From: Chiloscyllium plagiosum
Taxonomy: Eukaryota
Assembly (NCBI RefSeq): GCF_004010195.1
Contig: NC_057720.1
Coordinates: forward strand, 8,873,491 to 8,937,490
DNA length: 64,000 nt
Direction of reading: 5' to 3'
The notes beneath the pieces are model-generated. The model saw only the letters and a program-made list of their open reading frames with translations. It was not told the DNA's origin and did not search any database. Shown one piece after another: positions 47,386 through 59,489 of this stretch (positions are counted from its first letter, which is position 1; the number at the start of each line of letters is the position of its first letter). Made by a program: the position numbers and the translations under genes.

Positions 47386-48983
47386 AGAACAAGATTAGGG
47401 CTAATCCAGGATAGCAGTGGGAAGTTGTGTGTGGAGTCAGAAGAGATAGTGGAAGTGCTAAATGAATATATTTTGTCAGTATTCACACTGGAAAAGGACA
47501 ATCTTGTTGAGGAGAATATTGAGAAACAGGCTATGAGACTAGATGGGGTTGAGGTTCACAAGTAGAAGGTATTAGAAATTCTGGAAAAAGTGAAAAAAGA
47601 TAAATCCGCTGGGCTGAATGTTGGGGAGGGAGGAGGGGTAGAGATAAAACTAATAATTATACACCAGTGAGCCTTACTTCAGGTGTGGGTAAAGTGTTGG
47701 AAAATGATTTAAGAGATAGGATTTATAATCATCTCGATAGGAATAAGTTGATTAGGGATAGTCAGCACGGTTTTCTGAAGGTTAGGTCATCCTCACAAAC
47801 CTTATTGAGTTATTTGAGAAGGTGACCAAACAGGTGGATGAGGGTAAAGCTGTTGATGTAGTGTATATGGATTTCAATAAAGTGTTTGATAAGGTTCCCC
47901 ATGGTAGGCTACTGCACAAAATACAGAGGCATGGGATTGAGGGTGATCTAGCAGTTTGGATCAGAAATTGACTAGCTGAAAGAAGATAGAGGGTGGTGGT
48001 TGATTGGAAATGTTCATCCTGGAGTTCAGTTACTAATGGTGTTCTGCAAGGATCTGTTTTGGGTCCACTGCTATTTGTCATTTTTGTAAACGATCTGGAT
48101 GATGGTGTAGAAGGATGGGTTAGTAAATTTGCGGAAGATACTAAGGTCGGTCTAGTTGTGAATAATGCCGAAGGATGTTGTAGATTACAGATGGACATAG
48201 ATAAGCTGTAGTGCTGGGCTGCGAGGTGGAAAATAGAGTTTAATGCAGCAAAGTGTGAAGTGATTCACTTTGGAAGGAGTAACAGGAATGGAGTGTACTG
48301 GGTGAATGGTAAGATTCTTGGTACTGTAGATGAACAGAGATCTCAGTCCATGTATATCAATCCTCAAAGTTACCACCCAGGTTGATAGGGCTATTAAGAA
48401 GGCATACAATGTGTTCACTTTTATTGGTAGGGGGATTGAGTTTTGGAATCATGAGATCATGCTGCAGCTGTACAACACTCTTACACGGCCGCACTTGGAG
48501 TATTGAATGCAGTTCTGGTCACCACATTATAGAAAGGATGTGGAAGCTTTGGAAAGGGTGCAGAGGAGATTTACTAGGATGGAGGGAAAATCTTATGAGA
48601 AAAGGCTGAGGGACTTGAGGCTGTTTTCATTAGAGAGAAGGTTGAGGGGCGACTTAATTGAGACATATAAGATAATCAGAGCGTTAGATCTGGTGGACAG
48701 TGAGAGCCTTTTTCTTAGGATGGTGATGGATAGCATGAGGGGGCATAGCTTTAAATTGAGGGGTGATAGATATAGGACAGATGTCAAGGGTAGTTTATTT
48801 ACAGAGAGTAGTAGGGGCATGGAACGCACTGCCTGCAATAGTTGTAAACTTGCCAACTTTAAGGGTATTTAAATGGTCATTGGACAGGCATGTGGATGAG
48901 AATGGAATAGTGTAGGTTAGATGGGCTTCAGATTGGTTCCACAGGTCGGCGCAGCATCAAGGGCTTATGTTCAATGTTCTATA
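47386..48983 (+). mobile_element. CR1 LINE, decayed ORF2 RT region
   Basis: DFNKVFDKVPH, GVLQGSVLGPLLF, KFAED, RRLRGDL motifs. Confidence 0.93.
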
Positions 48984-49359
48984 AATTTATCACCTGTCAA
49001 TTTAAAGCTATGTCCCCTCATGCTAGCCATCACCATCCAAGGAAAAAGGCTCTCACTGTCCACCCTATCTAATCCTCTGATCATCTTGGTGATTTTGTTA
49101 CACTTTAAGATTGTGATCCATTTGTTGTAAGGCACTTGAAGCCATACCGGGCTGATAAAAGGCACGTATACATTTAAGTCCTTGTACTTTAGATCCATGA
49201 CCACTCATAACTAAATTTGTAGAAAGTAGATGGATAATGTTTCATCTCAATGGTTTCCACAGAATTTGAAGTTAAGAGCCAGATTGTAAGACAGGACAAG
49301 ACTCCTCACTGTTCAACTTTTACGCCACTCTTTCTCATTAACTCTCGGTCACACCGTAA

Positions 49360-49685
49360 CCTAACTTGGATGTGGGCATTTCTGGGTAAGCAGGCATTTA
49401 TTGACCATCCCACAGTTAAGAGTCAACCACATTGCTGTGCATCCATGCAGGCTAGACCAGATAAGGATGGCAGATTTCCACACCCTAAAGGGCATTAATA
49501 AGTCAGATGAGTTTTTAACTACAATCAACAGTAATTGCATGGTTGCGATGAGGCTGGCTTTTTTTAAAGCCCAATTTTTAATCAAATTAAAATGGCACCA
49601 TTAGACAAGATGGGTTTTGAACCCATGTCATCAGAACATTATCCTGGGGTTCTGGGTTACTAGCCTGGTGACATTTACTATATGC
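49360..49685 (-). mobile_element. tRNA-headed SINE, second family
   Basis: Reverse complement of 52275-52625. Confidence 0.7.
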
Positions 49686-51261
49686 CGCAGACACTGGCTT
49701 CCCACATATCGCCATTTGTTTACCTTAAAGGGATAAATCATGGAAATTCCTTCTTTACAGTACTGCACATTCTAATATCCCATGGACTGTGGCAGTTCAA
49801 TAAAGGCAGCTCAACAGCACCTTCTTAAGGGCAAATAGGGCTGGAGAATCTCTGAAAACATTCTGGGTAAAAGTAAAAACACTGATAATCCCCTAGTTTC
49901 ACACCTAATATATCAAATATTTCTCCTCAGCCTTTTGCTTCTTAAAAATTCCCATATTTCTCCTGAAACTTTTTTTTCATTGCTGTTGTTCTTTCCATTC
50001 TTTAAAAATAAAGTTTCCTTATCCGGTTTTACTTCCCACCAAATCTCCCCAATGATTTTACTCATCTTTGCCAAATTTGATTTTCTTTTTATTACGTTGG
50101 CTTTCATAAATGATTAAATATAAGTAAGAGTGAAAAACAAAATATTTAGCCAGCTTAATCCCTGATTAATTAACTTTTGTGGAGACCATTTCAGACATTG
50201 AGATGTTAATTTGATGATCCATTCCTTGAAGAAATTGTAGATTTGAGGTAGGGTGACAACGGTGTTGATATATATCTCCTGACCACATTTTCCACTGGGT
50301 ACACATTCCATTGAATTGGTGACTCAGTTTGACTTACACCAGCTGCTTTAATAAGCTGAGGTGAAAAGTGGGGGCATTACCTCTCTCAATTAGTTGTAGC
50401 TTGACACGTGTGTCTGATCGTCCTTCACCTCTTCATTGCTGACATCCCCTACAATCATAGACAGCCACTTGTCAATATGTTCAGCTGGAGTTCATGATCA
50501 ATAACAACTGTCAAGTATTAATTTGTTCCAGCAAGTGCTGAAATTGGTTGTGAGACTGACCCTTAACATTGCAGCATTGACTTGCAAAGAAAGGCTAAAG
50601 AAACTGCAAAGTCTCTTCAGTTGGATAAGGGACAACCAGAAGAGATGCACAAAATACTAAATTTTATTAACGGGGATATGCGGACTCCATCTACCCCTCC
50701 AAGATGTCACTCTCCAGCATCACTTGGACACACATTGCTATTTCTTTATTGCTTCTGTGTCATCATCCTGGAATTCTCGCTTTAACACCCCAGAACCTTC
50801 GTTACGTGAACCAAGAGCACAGCCAACTACAATTAGGAATGAGTAATAAATGCCAGCATTCTTAGCAGCATTCATACCTTGAGACTGTTGTTAATAAAAG
50901 ACAGCGGGGAGTTACTTTGTGATAAGACAGGAGAACAAATGGTGTATTTAATTAAACTGGTGAAAAGCCAACTTAGGCTCACTGCAAGGAAGCATGTCTT
51001 GGAAAGACTGATCAACGTGTGGAATGAAGTTCTTGCTCGCTTAGTGAATGCAAAAACCTATGTTTGGGTTCCATGAACTGCTGGTGAAGGGCTGAGTTTG
51101 CAAATCATTTTTTCAGATAGAAGAGATGAGATCTTGCTTGATAATGTTGTCCTTCTAATTATTATTATTGACCAGTTCCTCTGTGTCAATGAAAGTGATA
51201 CAAGTTTAAGCCAACTATAATTTCAGCTGTGAAGAGAGATTAGATAGGCTCACCAAAATCT

Positions 51262-51398
51262 GAAAGAACTGCAGATGCTGTAAATCAGAATCAAGTAAAG
51301 AAGTTGCTGGAAAATCTCTTGACCCAAATGCTAACTCCGATTTCTCTCCACAGATATTGCCAGACCCATTAAGCTTTTGCAACAATTTCTGTTTTTGC
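51262..51398. mobile_element. PLE-derived fold-back remnant, family C, inside an old CR1 (51230-51790)
   Basis: aactgcagatgctg...gaagttgctggaaaa / ttttgcaacaatttctg; ttagatagg/ttagataag flanks. Confidence 0.6.
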
Positions 51399-52274
51399 AT
51401 TTAGATAAGCTGGGGTTGGTTTCTTCAGAGCAGAAAATGCTGAGGGGGGCCTGATTGAGATGAACAAAGGGACATAGATGTGCCGGATAGGGAGCAACTT
51501 GCCCCGTTCGTAGAGGAGTGAATAACTAAGAAGCTCTTAGGTAAAGTGCAGGGGGTTTAAGAGGGGATTTAGGAGAATTACTTTTCACCCAGGAGATCTC
51601 TGGAACTCACTGACTAAAAGGGTGGTAGAGGTGGGAACTCACAAGACACGTAGTGTTTAGATTAGTACTCGAACTGCCATTGCATATCTACAGGTCAAGT
51701 GCTGAGATGTGGCAATGGAATAGATATTGTTTGATAGTGTGGACATGATGGGCCTGGTTCCTAGCGTTAAAAGCTCTCTGACTCTACAAGAGGAACTCAG
51801 GTTCAAATTGTTCTTCACTGAATAAATTTGACAAATTATTTGGTTTCTTCTCAGAAGTCAATTTGTAGCCATTATGTGTACGAGGAACTTGGGGATTTAG
51901 AAACTAGAGTATGGTTAAATGTAATTGGACAGACTCACCTAGTGGTGACCTTAGCAACTGTTTTGGGACAGAGTGGGGAGACTGTTGCTGCTGTTTTACA
52001 TGTGTGCTGCACCACTGGGAATCTCCAGCTTTACCGACTCATGGTGTTAGTGCATGGAGTGAAGCCTTCTGTAGACATTGATGGACAGATGGCTGTGTTC
52101 CTCATGCTGGGAACATCTCTCCAAGGTGTTCTGAAAAATAGGAAATGTTCTATTTCATTAATTGTGTCACGTAACACTATAACACTGGGACAAGTTAGTT
52201 GGATGGCAATGACCTTATCTGGCTATTTGTAGCAGGCATGTTGGGAAATCCATATAGATATTTATATTTACATT

Positions 52275-52625
52275 GGGTGGGCAATAGCCTAGTTTTATTA
52301 TCACTGGACTGTTAATCCAGAGACCCAGGTAACGTCCTGGGGACCATAGTTCAAATCCCACCTTGGCAGATAGCGGAATTGGAATTCAACAAATATCTGA
52401 AATTAAAAATCTAATGATGACCATGAATCCATTGCTGATTATTGGAGAAAAGCCCATTGGTTCACTAATGTCCTCAGGGAAGGAAACTGCCATCCTTACT
52501 TGATCTGACCTACAAATGTCTCCAGACCCACAGCAATGTGCTTGACTCTTAACTGCCCTCTTGGCAATTAAGGATGGGCAATAAATGTTGGCCTAGTCAG
52601 CAACATCATCATCCTGTGAATTAAT
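52275..52625 (+). mobile_element. tRNA-headed SINE, second family (near full length)
   Basis: gttcaaatccc B box, ggttcactaatgtcct core, gggcaataaatg tail. Confidence 0.8.
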
Positions 52626-52799
52626 TTTATAAATAAAACTCTTCATTTTAAGGGGTCATTATTTCGTCAGGAAATGTGTTGGAAATTTTCCTATTGGGAA
52701 TTTCAGATCTGGTGGTATGATGGGCATTGGTGAGGCAGAGGAGATGATGCATCCAGCATAGGGTTGTGAAAGAAATGGAAATTCATTGCAAGGGTGACC

Positions 52800-53110
52800 C
52801 ATATCATCATCATCGGTGGTCCCTCGCAGACGAGGATGATCCTGTTCCACTCTCAGGGTGAGTCTGTAGGTGACTGTACAGACTGATGATGTTACCACAG
52901 GTTCTATTACACTTGGTGCAGGTGGTGGTCGCAGGAAGGGGTGGGAGGTGGGGTCGATATGGTAGCATGGTCCTTTCACTGTTTTCGCCTGGCTTCCACT
53001 TCTTCCCAACGACAAGTCTTGAGGAGCTTGATGTCTTTCCGAATGCTCCTCCTCCACTTTGAATGGTCTTGGGCCAAGGATTCCCAGCTGTCTGTGGAAA
53101 TGCCACACTA
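52800..53110 (-). mobile_element. RTE-type LINE 3' end
   Basis: TTTCTKCNRTCGNIISLYSHLQTH C2H2 motif; (gat)n tail. Confidence 0.8.
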
Positions 53111-53754
53111 CATAGAAGTCGTATGAATATACAAATCAGGTGCAGGATTAGACCACTCGAACTCTCGAATCTGCTTCGCCCTTCAATAAGATCATGGCTG
53201 ATCTGATTCCTTCACATTCCCGCCCACTCCTGATAGATTCTTCATAAGCGAAATAGATTAGCTAGTTCTGCCTTCAAAATATACAAAGTCTCTGCATCTA
53301 CCTCCTTGTTGAAGAGGGTTTCAAAAGACTAGTGACCTACTGGGTGAAAGGAATTCTCCTTATCGCTGTTAAGTGGGCGAGCTCCTTATTTTGGAACAGT
53401 TCTAGATTCTCCCACAAGAGGAAATATCCTTTCCACACCCACCCAGTCAGTAATCCTGAGAACATTATATGTTTTATATATGCCAGGATCTGGGCTGTTG
53501 TTGGCTGGAAGGGATCCAGGAAGCTACTTTAGGTGAAATGATTCGGCATCTTTGTTAAAATATCCAGGAAATAAATCTCCTGTTGACCCTTACCTTGCAG
53601 AAAATCTAACATCAATGGCAAAGCCAACATTTACTGCTCTACTCTGTCATTACTCTTGAGAAGGTGATGGTGGGCAGCCTTCTTAAACCATTTCTGTCTT
53701 CAGGATGTGTCCTTCTGTCCCTACTGCCCCGGTAAACAGGAAGTTTTGAATCCA

Positions 53755-53965
53755 TGGTGATGAGAGACCATGGGAAGAATGGAAGCTCCAAAAGGAGCAC
53801 ACTGTCACACCAATGTCCCGACCACCCCCTTCCCTTGACCACCACCTGCCCCAGATGTAACAGAGCTTGTCGTAGCCCTATTGGGCTATACAACCATCCA
53901 TGGACTCACCCTGAGAGTGGGAGAGTGTCATCCTCATCAATGAGGAACCCGCAATAATGTTGGTG
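53755..53965 (+). mobile_element. RTE-type LINE 3' end
   Basis: TTTCPRCNRACRSPIGLYNHPWTH. Confidence 0.8.
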
Positions 53966-54021
53966 ATTTGGAGCACCAATGACAAGGAGCACCAATATAT
54001 TTCCAAATGAGGTCATTTATG

Positions 54022-54310
54022 ATTAGATTAGATTCCCTACAGTGTGGAAACAAACCCTTCAGCCCAACCAGTCCACACCAACCTTCTGAAGAGTAGCCCA
54101 CCCAGACTCATTTCCGTTCTGACTAATGCACCTAACACTATGGCCAATTCACCTGGCCTGCACATCTTTGGACTATGGGAGGAAACTGAGGCACCCGAAG
54201 GAGACCCATGCAGACATGAGGAGAATGTACAAACTCCACACAGACAGTTGCCCGAGGCTGGAATCGAACCTGGGACCCTGGTGCTGTGTGGCAGCAGTGC
54301 TACCATGCCA
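54022..54310 (-). mobile_element. V-SINE
   Basis: (attag)n tail and V-domain in reverse complement. Confidence 0.88.
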
Positions 54311-54629
54311 TATCTGGTGTGCTTATTGGAAAAGGAATGGTCTTGCCATTTATTTGCTGCTCTGGTCCTTTCAGATGACAGAGATTTGAAAAGAGTAAGG
54401 GACGAAACCTTGGATAGTTACCTCTTCCAGACTGGAGCCTTAAAAGGTTAATTGTCTGTAATTTTTAATCCTGAGCAATGGAATTTCCTGGGCAACTTAA
54501 TTAAAACGAGTCAAGCTGGAAGCCATGACTGAAATTAAAACACAAGATCAAACTCAGTTATGTTTTTTCATTGAGAGTACCAGGAAGTGATTCTGATACA
54601 CTTGAAGCATCACAATAGAAAATCATTTC

Positions 54630-54907
54630 CCGGGGTTCAATTCCCGCCTCAGGCGACTCTTTGTGTGAAGTTTGCACGTTCTTCCCGTGTCTGCATGGGT
54701 TTCCTCCTGGTGCTCCGGTTTCCTCCCACAGTCCAAAAATGTGCAGGTTAAGTGAATTGGCCATGCTAAATTGCCCGCAGTGTTAGATGAAGGGGTAAAT
54801 GTAGGAGAATGGGTCTGGGTGGGTTACGCTTCGACGGTTCGGTGTGGACTTGTTGGGCCGAAGGGCCTGTTTCCACACTGTAAGTAATCTAATCTAAACT
54901 AATCTAA
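54630..54907 (+). mobile_element. V-SINE, 5'-truncated
   Basis: B box through (aatct)n tail. Confidence 0.88.
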
Positions 54908-55274
54908 AAATTAGATTATTACAGTTTTGCTTCATTGCTTTGATTAATCGCTGGAAGTTGTATATTCGTAGGTGATAGCCATTCTAGAATACGCTGTAAT
55001 GTTTGACACTAAAATCAAGTTATATTTATCTGGGTTTGGGCAATAGTCTAAATAGACATCCCTGCAGTCAATTAGAAATTGTCAGTGTTTGTGAAAGAAT
55101 TCTCAAGGCTGGGCTGAGGCTGGATTCTTTTAGAAGAAAGAAGAAAACATCTTGAAGTAATTGTATTAATTTTTTATGTTATCCTTTTGCAGTTTGGAGT
55201 TTAACATTTTGTCTGAAATATTATACCTGAGCTGTGATGAATGCCACTTTTAACAGAATGCATATTATTAAGAA

Positions 55275-56475
55275 AGGGAGGTAATGACCAAATGGTATTA
55301 CTACTAGACTATTAAACCAGAGACTCTGCATTGCTCTCGAGACCCAAGTTCAAATCCCGCCAAAGCAACTGGTGGACTTTTGAGTCAATTAAAAATCTGG
55401 AATTAAGAGTTTAATGATCACAAAATCATTGTGAGTTGTCAGGAAAATCCTTCTGGGTAAAAACAATGACTGCAGATGCTGGAAACCAGATTCTGGATTA
55501 GTGGTGCTGGAAGAGCACAGCAGTTCAGGCAGCATCCAAGGAGCTTCGAAGTCGACGTTTTGGACAAAAGCCCTTCACCAGGAATAAAGGCAGTGAGCCT
55601 GGAGCGTGGAGAGATAAGCTATAGTAAAGGCAGCTGGTTTCTGGAAAGTTAAAAATCCCACAACACCAGGTTATAGTCCAACAGGTTTAATTGGAAGCAC
55701 TAGCTTTCGGAGCACNNNNNNNNNNNNNNNNNNNNNNNNNNNNNNNNNNNNNNNNNNNNNNATTGTACTCTATGCTACTTTCTCCCCACCCCCACCCTCC
55801 TTTAGCTTATCTCTCCACGCTCCAGGCTCACTGCCTTTATTCCTGATGAAGGGCTTTTGCCCGAAAGGAAAATCTTTCTGGTTAACTAATGTCCTTGAGG
55901 AAAGAAAACTGCTGTCCTTACCTCGCCGTACCTGCAGGTGGCACGGTGGCTCAGTGGTTAAAACTACTACTTCACTGTGATAGGAACCCAGGTTCAATTC
56001 CTGCCTTGGTTGACTGTCTGTGTGGAGTTTGCACATTCTCCCTGTGCTCTTGTTTCCTCCTGTGATGCAAGGATGTGCAGGCCAGGTTAATTGGCTATGC
56101 TAAATTAACCAAAGTGTGAGATGCATTAGTCAGTGGTAAATGCTGGCAAGTCAGTCTGGGTGAGTTACTCTTTGGAAGGTTGGTGTGGACTTGTTAGGCT
56201 GAAGGGCCTGTTTCCATACTGTAGGGAATCACATCTAATCTAAACGTGCAATTCCAGACTTACAGTAATGTTTTTGACCCTTAACTGCCCTCTGGGGATA
56301 GAACATAGAAGAAGAATACAGCGCAGTACAGGCCCTTTGGCCCTTGATGTCCCCAATTACTACTGCTCTGCTCTTCTTCACCCTTCCCTTCTGAGTAACG
56401 GGGACAGGCTCCGTGCCAGAGACCTGGCAATAAGTATCGGCATTGCTAGCAATGTGTCCACATCCCGTGAATGAA
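55275..56475 (+). mobile_element. Second-family SINE split by a PLE fold-back (55457-55865) and a V-SINE (55937-56243)
   Basis: Collinear SINE pieces at 55275-55456, 55866-55935, 56255-56297 and 56425-56475. Confidence 0.7.
55457..55865. mobile_element. PLE fold-back, family A, containing a family B fragment and an assembly gap (55716-55761)
   Basis: Inverted arms; TSD aggaaaatccttctgg/aggaaaatctttctgg at 55441-55456 and 55866-55881. Confidence 0.75.
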
Positions 56476-56554
56476 TTTGAAAAGAATGAGAGCAAACCTT
56501 ATTGCACATGGTGAGGGGCAAGAATTTATTACAACAGGTGATACAATTATCAAT

Positions 56555-56646
56555 AGAAGGGCCATGGGACCCGAAATGTTAACTCTGCTTTCTCTCCACA
56601 GATGCTGCCAGACCTTCTGAGTTTTTCTAGCAATTTCTGATTTTGT
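56555..56646 (+). mobile_element. PLE family C fragment
   Basis: gacccgaaatgttaactctgctttctctccacagatgctgccagacc. Confidence 0.7.
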
Positions 56647-56951
56647 AGATCAGTCATTTTTTAAACAAACTTATTAATAATGTATGATGGGAAAATGTCA
56701 GAGGCAAAATGATTAAATCTTCTGGGAAGAATATGCTAAGTAGCTGAAGAGTTTAGAAGGATACGTTAGTACCGAAGCAGAGTTACACAGTTGGAAACTT
56801 CCTTGTGCTGGATGCCAAGTTAATACTACCTCTGATGTAAACATAAATTATTCCATTGCATAAAGAACAGTAGATTTTCTCACATCCCAATCCTACCATT
56901 AAAGCAATTGTGAGGCCGTCTTGGCATGAGGAGAGATTTGTGAAAGATGAT

Positions 56952-56993
56952 GAGTTCTGATGAAGAGTCATATCAGACTCAAAATGTTAACTC
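56952..56993 (+). ncRNA. Hammerhead motif, family C (CpG-decayed), within a PLE fragment extending to ~57085
   Basis: GAGTT-CTGATGA-A-GAGTC/atatca/GACTC-AAAA-TG-TT-AACTC; 5-bp stems I and II. Confidence 0.6.
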
Positions 56994-58074
56994 TGTTTCT
57001 ATCTCTGTGGATCCTACAAGAATTGCTGAGTTTCTCCAGCATTCTCTGTATTTATTTCAGATTTCCAGAATCTGCATTATTTTATCTTCATCAGGTGAGA
57101 TACTAAATTGTTTTCTAAGAACTGCACTCTTTTATTTAATTTTTAAGATGGATTTAAAGTAACTCCTCTTTAACACAGAATGGGCAATTAGAGTGGGCTG
57201 TTTGAAATTTCCAGAATTTCACTGGACAAATATGAACTTGTGATCTCTTTGGAAGCTCACATCTCCCATTTATATTGACATGATAATAAAATCCACGGAA
57301 AGAAGTAACAGATACAGATTGTGCCTACCTCAGCCAGTTCTGAATAATGGACATGACAGAAACTCATTATAGCTGAAGTGGAGTTTACAACCACACAGTT
57401 ATCTGCAACAACACATAATGGTTTTTCCAAAAGGCATCAAAACCATCCAGGGCCCATCAGATGGCTGGAACTTCTGCTGTTTGAACAATTTAAATTATAC
57501 CGCTGTAAATTCTTAGTTCAGACATCAGAACAGAAAGTGCACAACTTTAGATTCAGTTCAAGTCAGCATTTATTCAAAACTGTGAAAAGGGTAGTAGAGG
57601 CAGATTTAAAGGTGGCTTTCAGGAGAGAACCGGACATATGTGTGAAGGGAAAAGTTTAGAGACCGGGGAAAGAACACGGGCATGAGACAAACTAAAGAGC
57701 CCTTACAGAGTGCTGTCAAGGGCTTAATGGGTCAAATACCAATTTGTGCTCTAACCATTCAATTACTGTAATTATAAACAAAACTTTCAATCAGGAAGGG
57801 AATCAAGGGTTCTGGAGAAAAGGCATGAAAATGGAGCTGAGGATTCTCAGATCAGACATGATCTCAACACAAATTCCCAGCTCGGCAAACAGAACCACAA
57901 CAACGAGCACCCAAGCTACAAATCTTCTCACAAACTATGATCTCATTGAATGACAGAACAGACTTAATGGGCTAAATGGACCACTTCTGCTCCTCTGCCT
58001 TATGACCTTCAAATTAAGTTCCAACAACAATATGGAAAAGGAGATACGGCCAAGATTCCTTTCTTGATTTATAG

Positions 58075-58660
58075 TCCTAGAGATGCACAACATGGAAACA
58101 GACTCTTCGGTCCAACTAGCCCATGCTGACCAGATATTGTAGAATCCTGACAGTGTAGAAACAGGCCATTTGGCCCAACAAGTCCACACCCCTACCCTAT
58201 TGTGCTGCATTTCCGCTGACTAATACACCTAATCTACACATCCCTGAACACTATGGGCAATTTAGCATGGTCAATTCACCTAACCTGCAGATCTTTGTAC
58301 TGTAGGAGGAAACCGGAGCACCTGGAAAAACCCATGCAGACACAGGGAAAATGTGCAAACTCCACACAGACAGTCTCCTGTGGTTGGAATCGAATCCAGG
58401 TCCCTGGCACTCTGAGGCAGCAGTGCTAACCATGGCATCACCATACCACTCATATTAATCCATTCCCATTTTTCAGCATTTGGTCCATATCCCTCCAAAC
58501 CCTTCCTATTCATGTAGCCACCCAGATGCCTTTAAAAATTTGTAATTATACCAGCCTCCACCACTTCCTCTGGCACCTCATGCCATATCCACACCACCCT
58601 CTGTGTGGAAAGTTTGCTCCTTAGGCCCCTTTTAAATCTTTCCCTTCTCCCATTAAGTTT
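58075..58660 (-). mobile_element. CR1 3' fragment with nested V-SINE (58137-58444, -)
   Basis: MNRKGLEGYGPNAEKWE; SINE V-domain. Confidence 0.85.
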
Positions 58661-59489
58661 CATGAAGTTTTGGCATTAATCTAGTCATTTCCACATCTAT
58701 TCAATTCAACTCCCCTTCCAGGATTTGAACTCATGGCTTACTTGATTTTACCACAACCCAAAATACTACCTTCCTTGTTCCCTTCCTCCCCTGCAGTTCA
58801 CCCCTTCCCTTTCAAAATCCAGCTGAACATTTACAATTATTTTATACACAGAGAGTTTTTTCATACTTTCACAAAATTTGCTAATTTAAGAGCATTAACT
58901 ACACAAGGTCACTTCTGTCCAATGTTAGATGAAGCCAAATGGCTCTGGGGATGGAAGAGAAATCTGTTCTTAAGCAAATTCAGTGATTGAACATTTTCTT
59001 TCTTACAGTGCAAAGAGAACATACATCATGCTGAGCAATTGTACTTCTAAAACCCCCCCCTCACATCTGGTTGATTAACATCTCATCTTCTTTGCATTTC
59101 TCCAAGTCCTAAGGGGCACATATACAAGCACTCCCTGGGCAACAGAGTTTATTAAATAATTGTGGAATGCTGTATCACCAGACATTATACTGAGCAGCAG
59201 TAATCCGGAAATTGCCAACATAGAGAGTCCTGCACTGGATTAAAACTGTATCATCTTCAGGTCAATCACATACACTACTCAGCAACAACTGCATAAGAAA
59301 CTATAATCTATTCATTGCACTCTGCCAAATAAACCTCTGGACAAGAAGCTTTTTAACTAAACAGTTCCGCTGTATATTTTTAGTATTGCAGCAACTATTA
59401 GATTTAACAAAAGTTGTGTACAACTGTTGTAGTAGCATATCCAAGTGCTGAAGAGATTTTTCACAAGCTCCTCTTTGTCACACAGTTCA

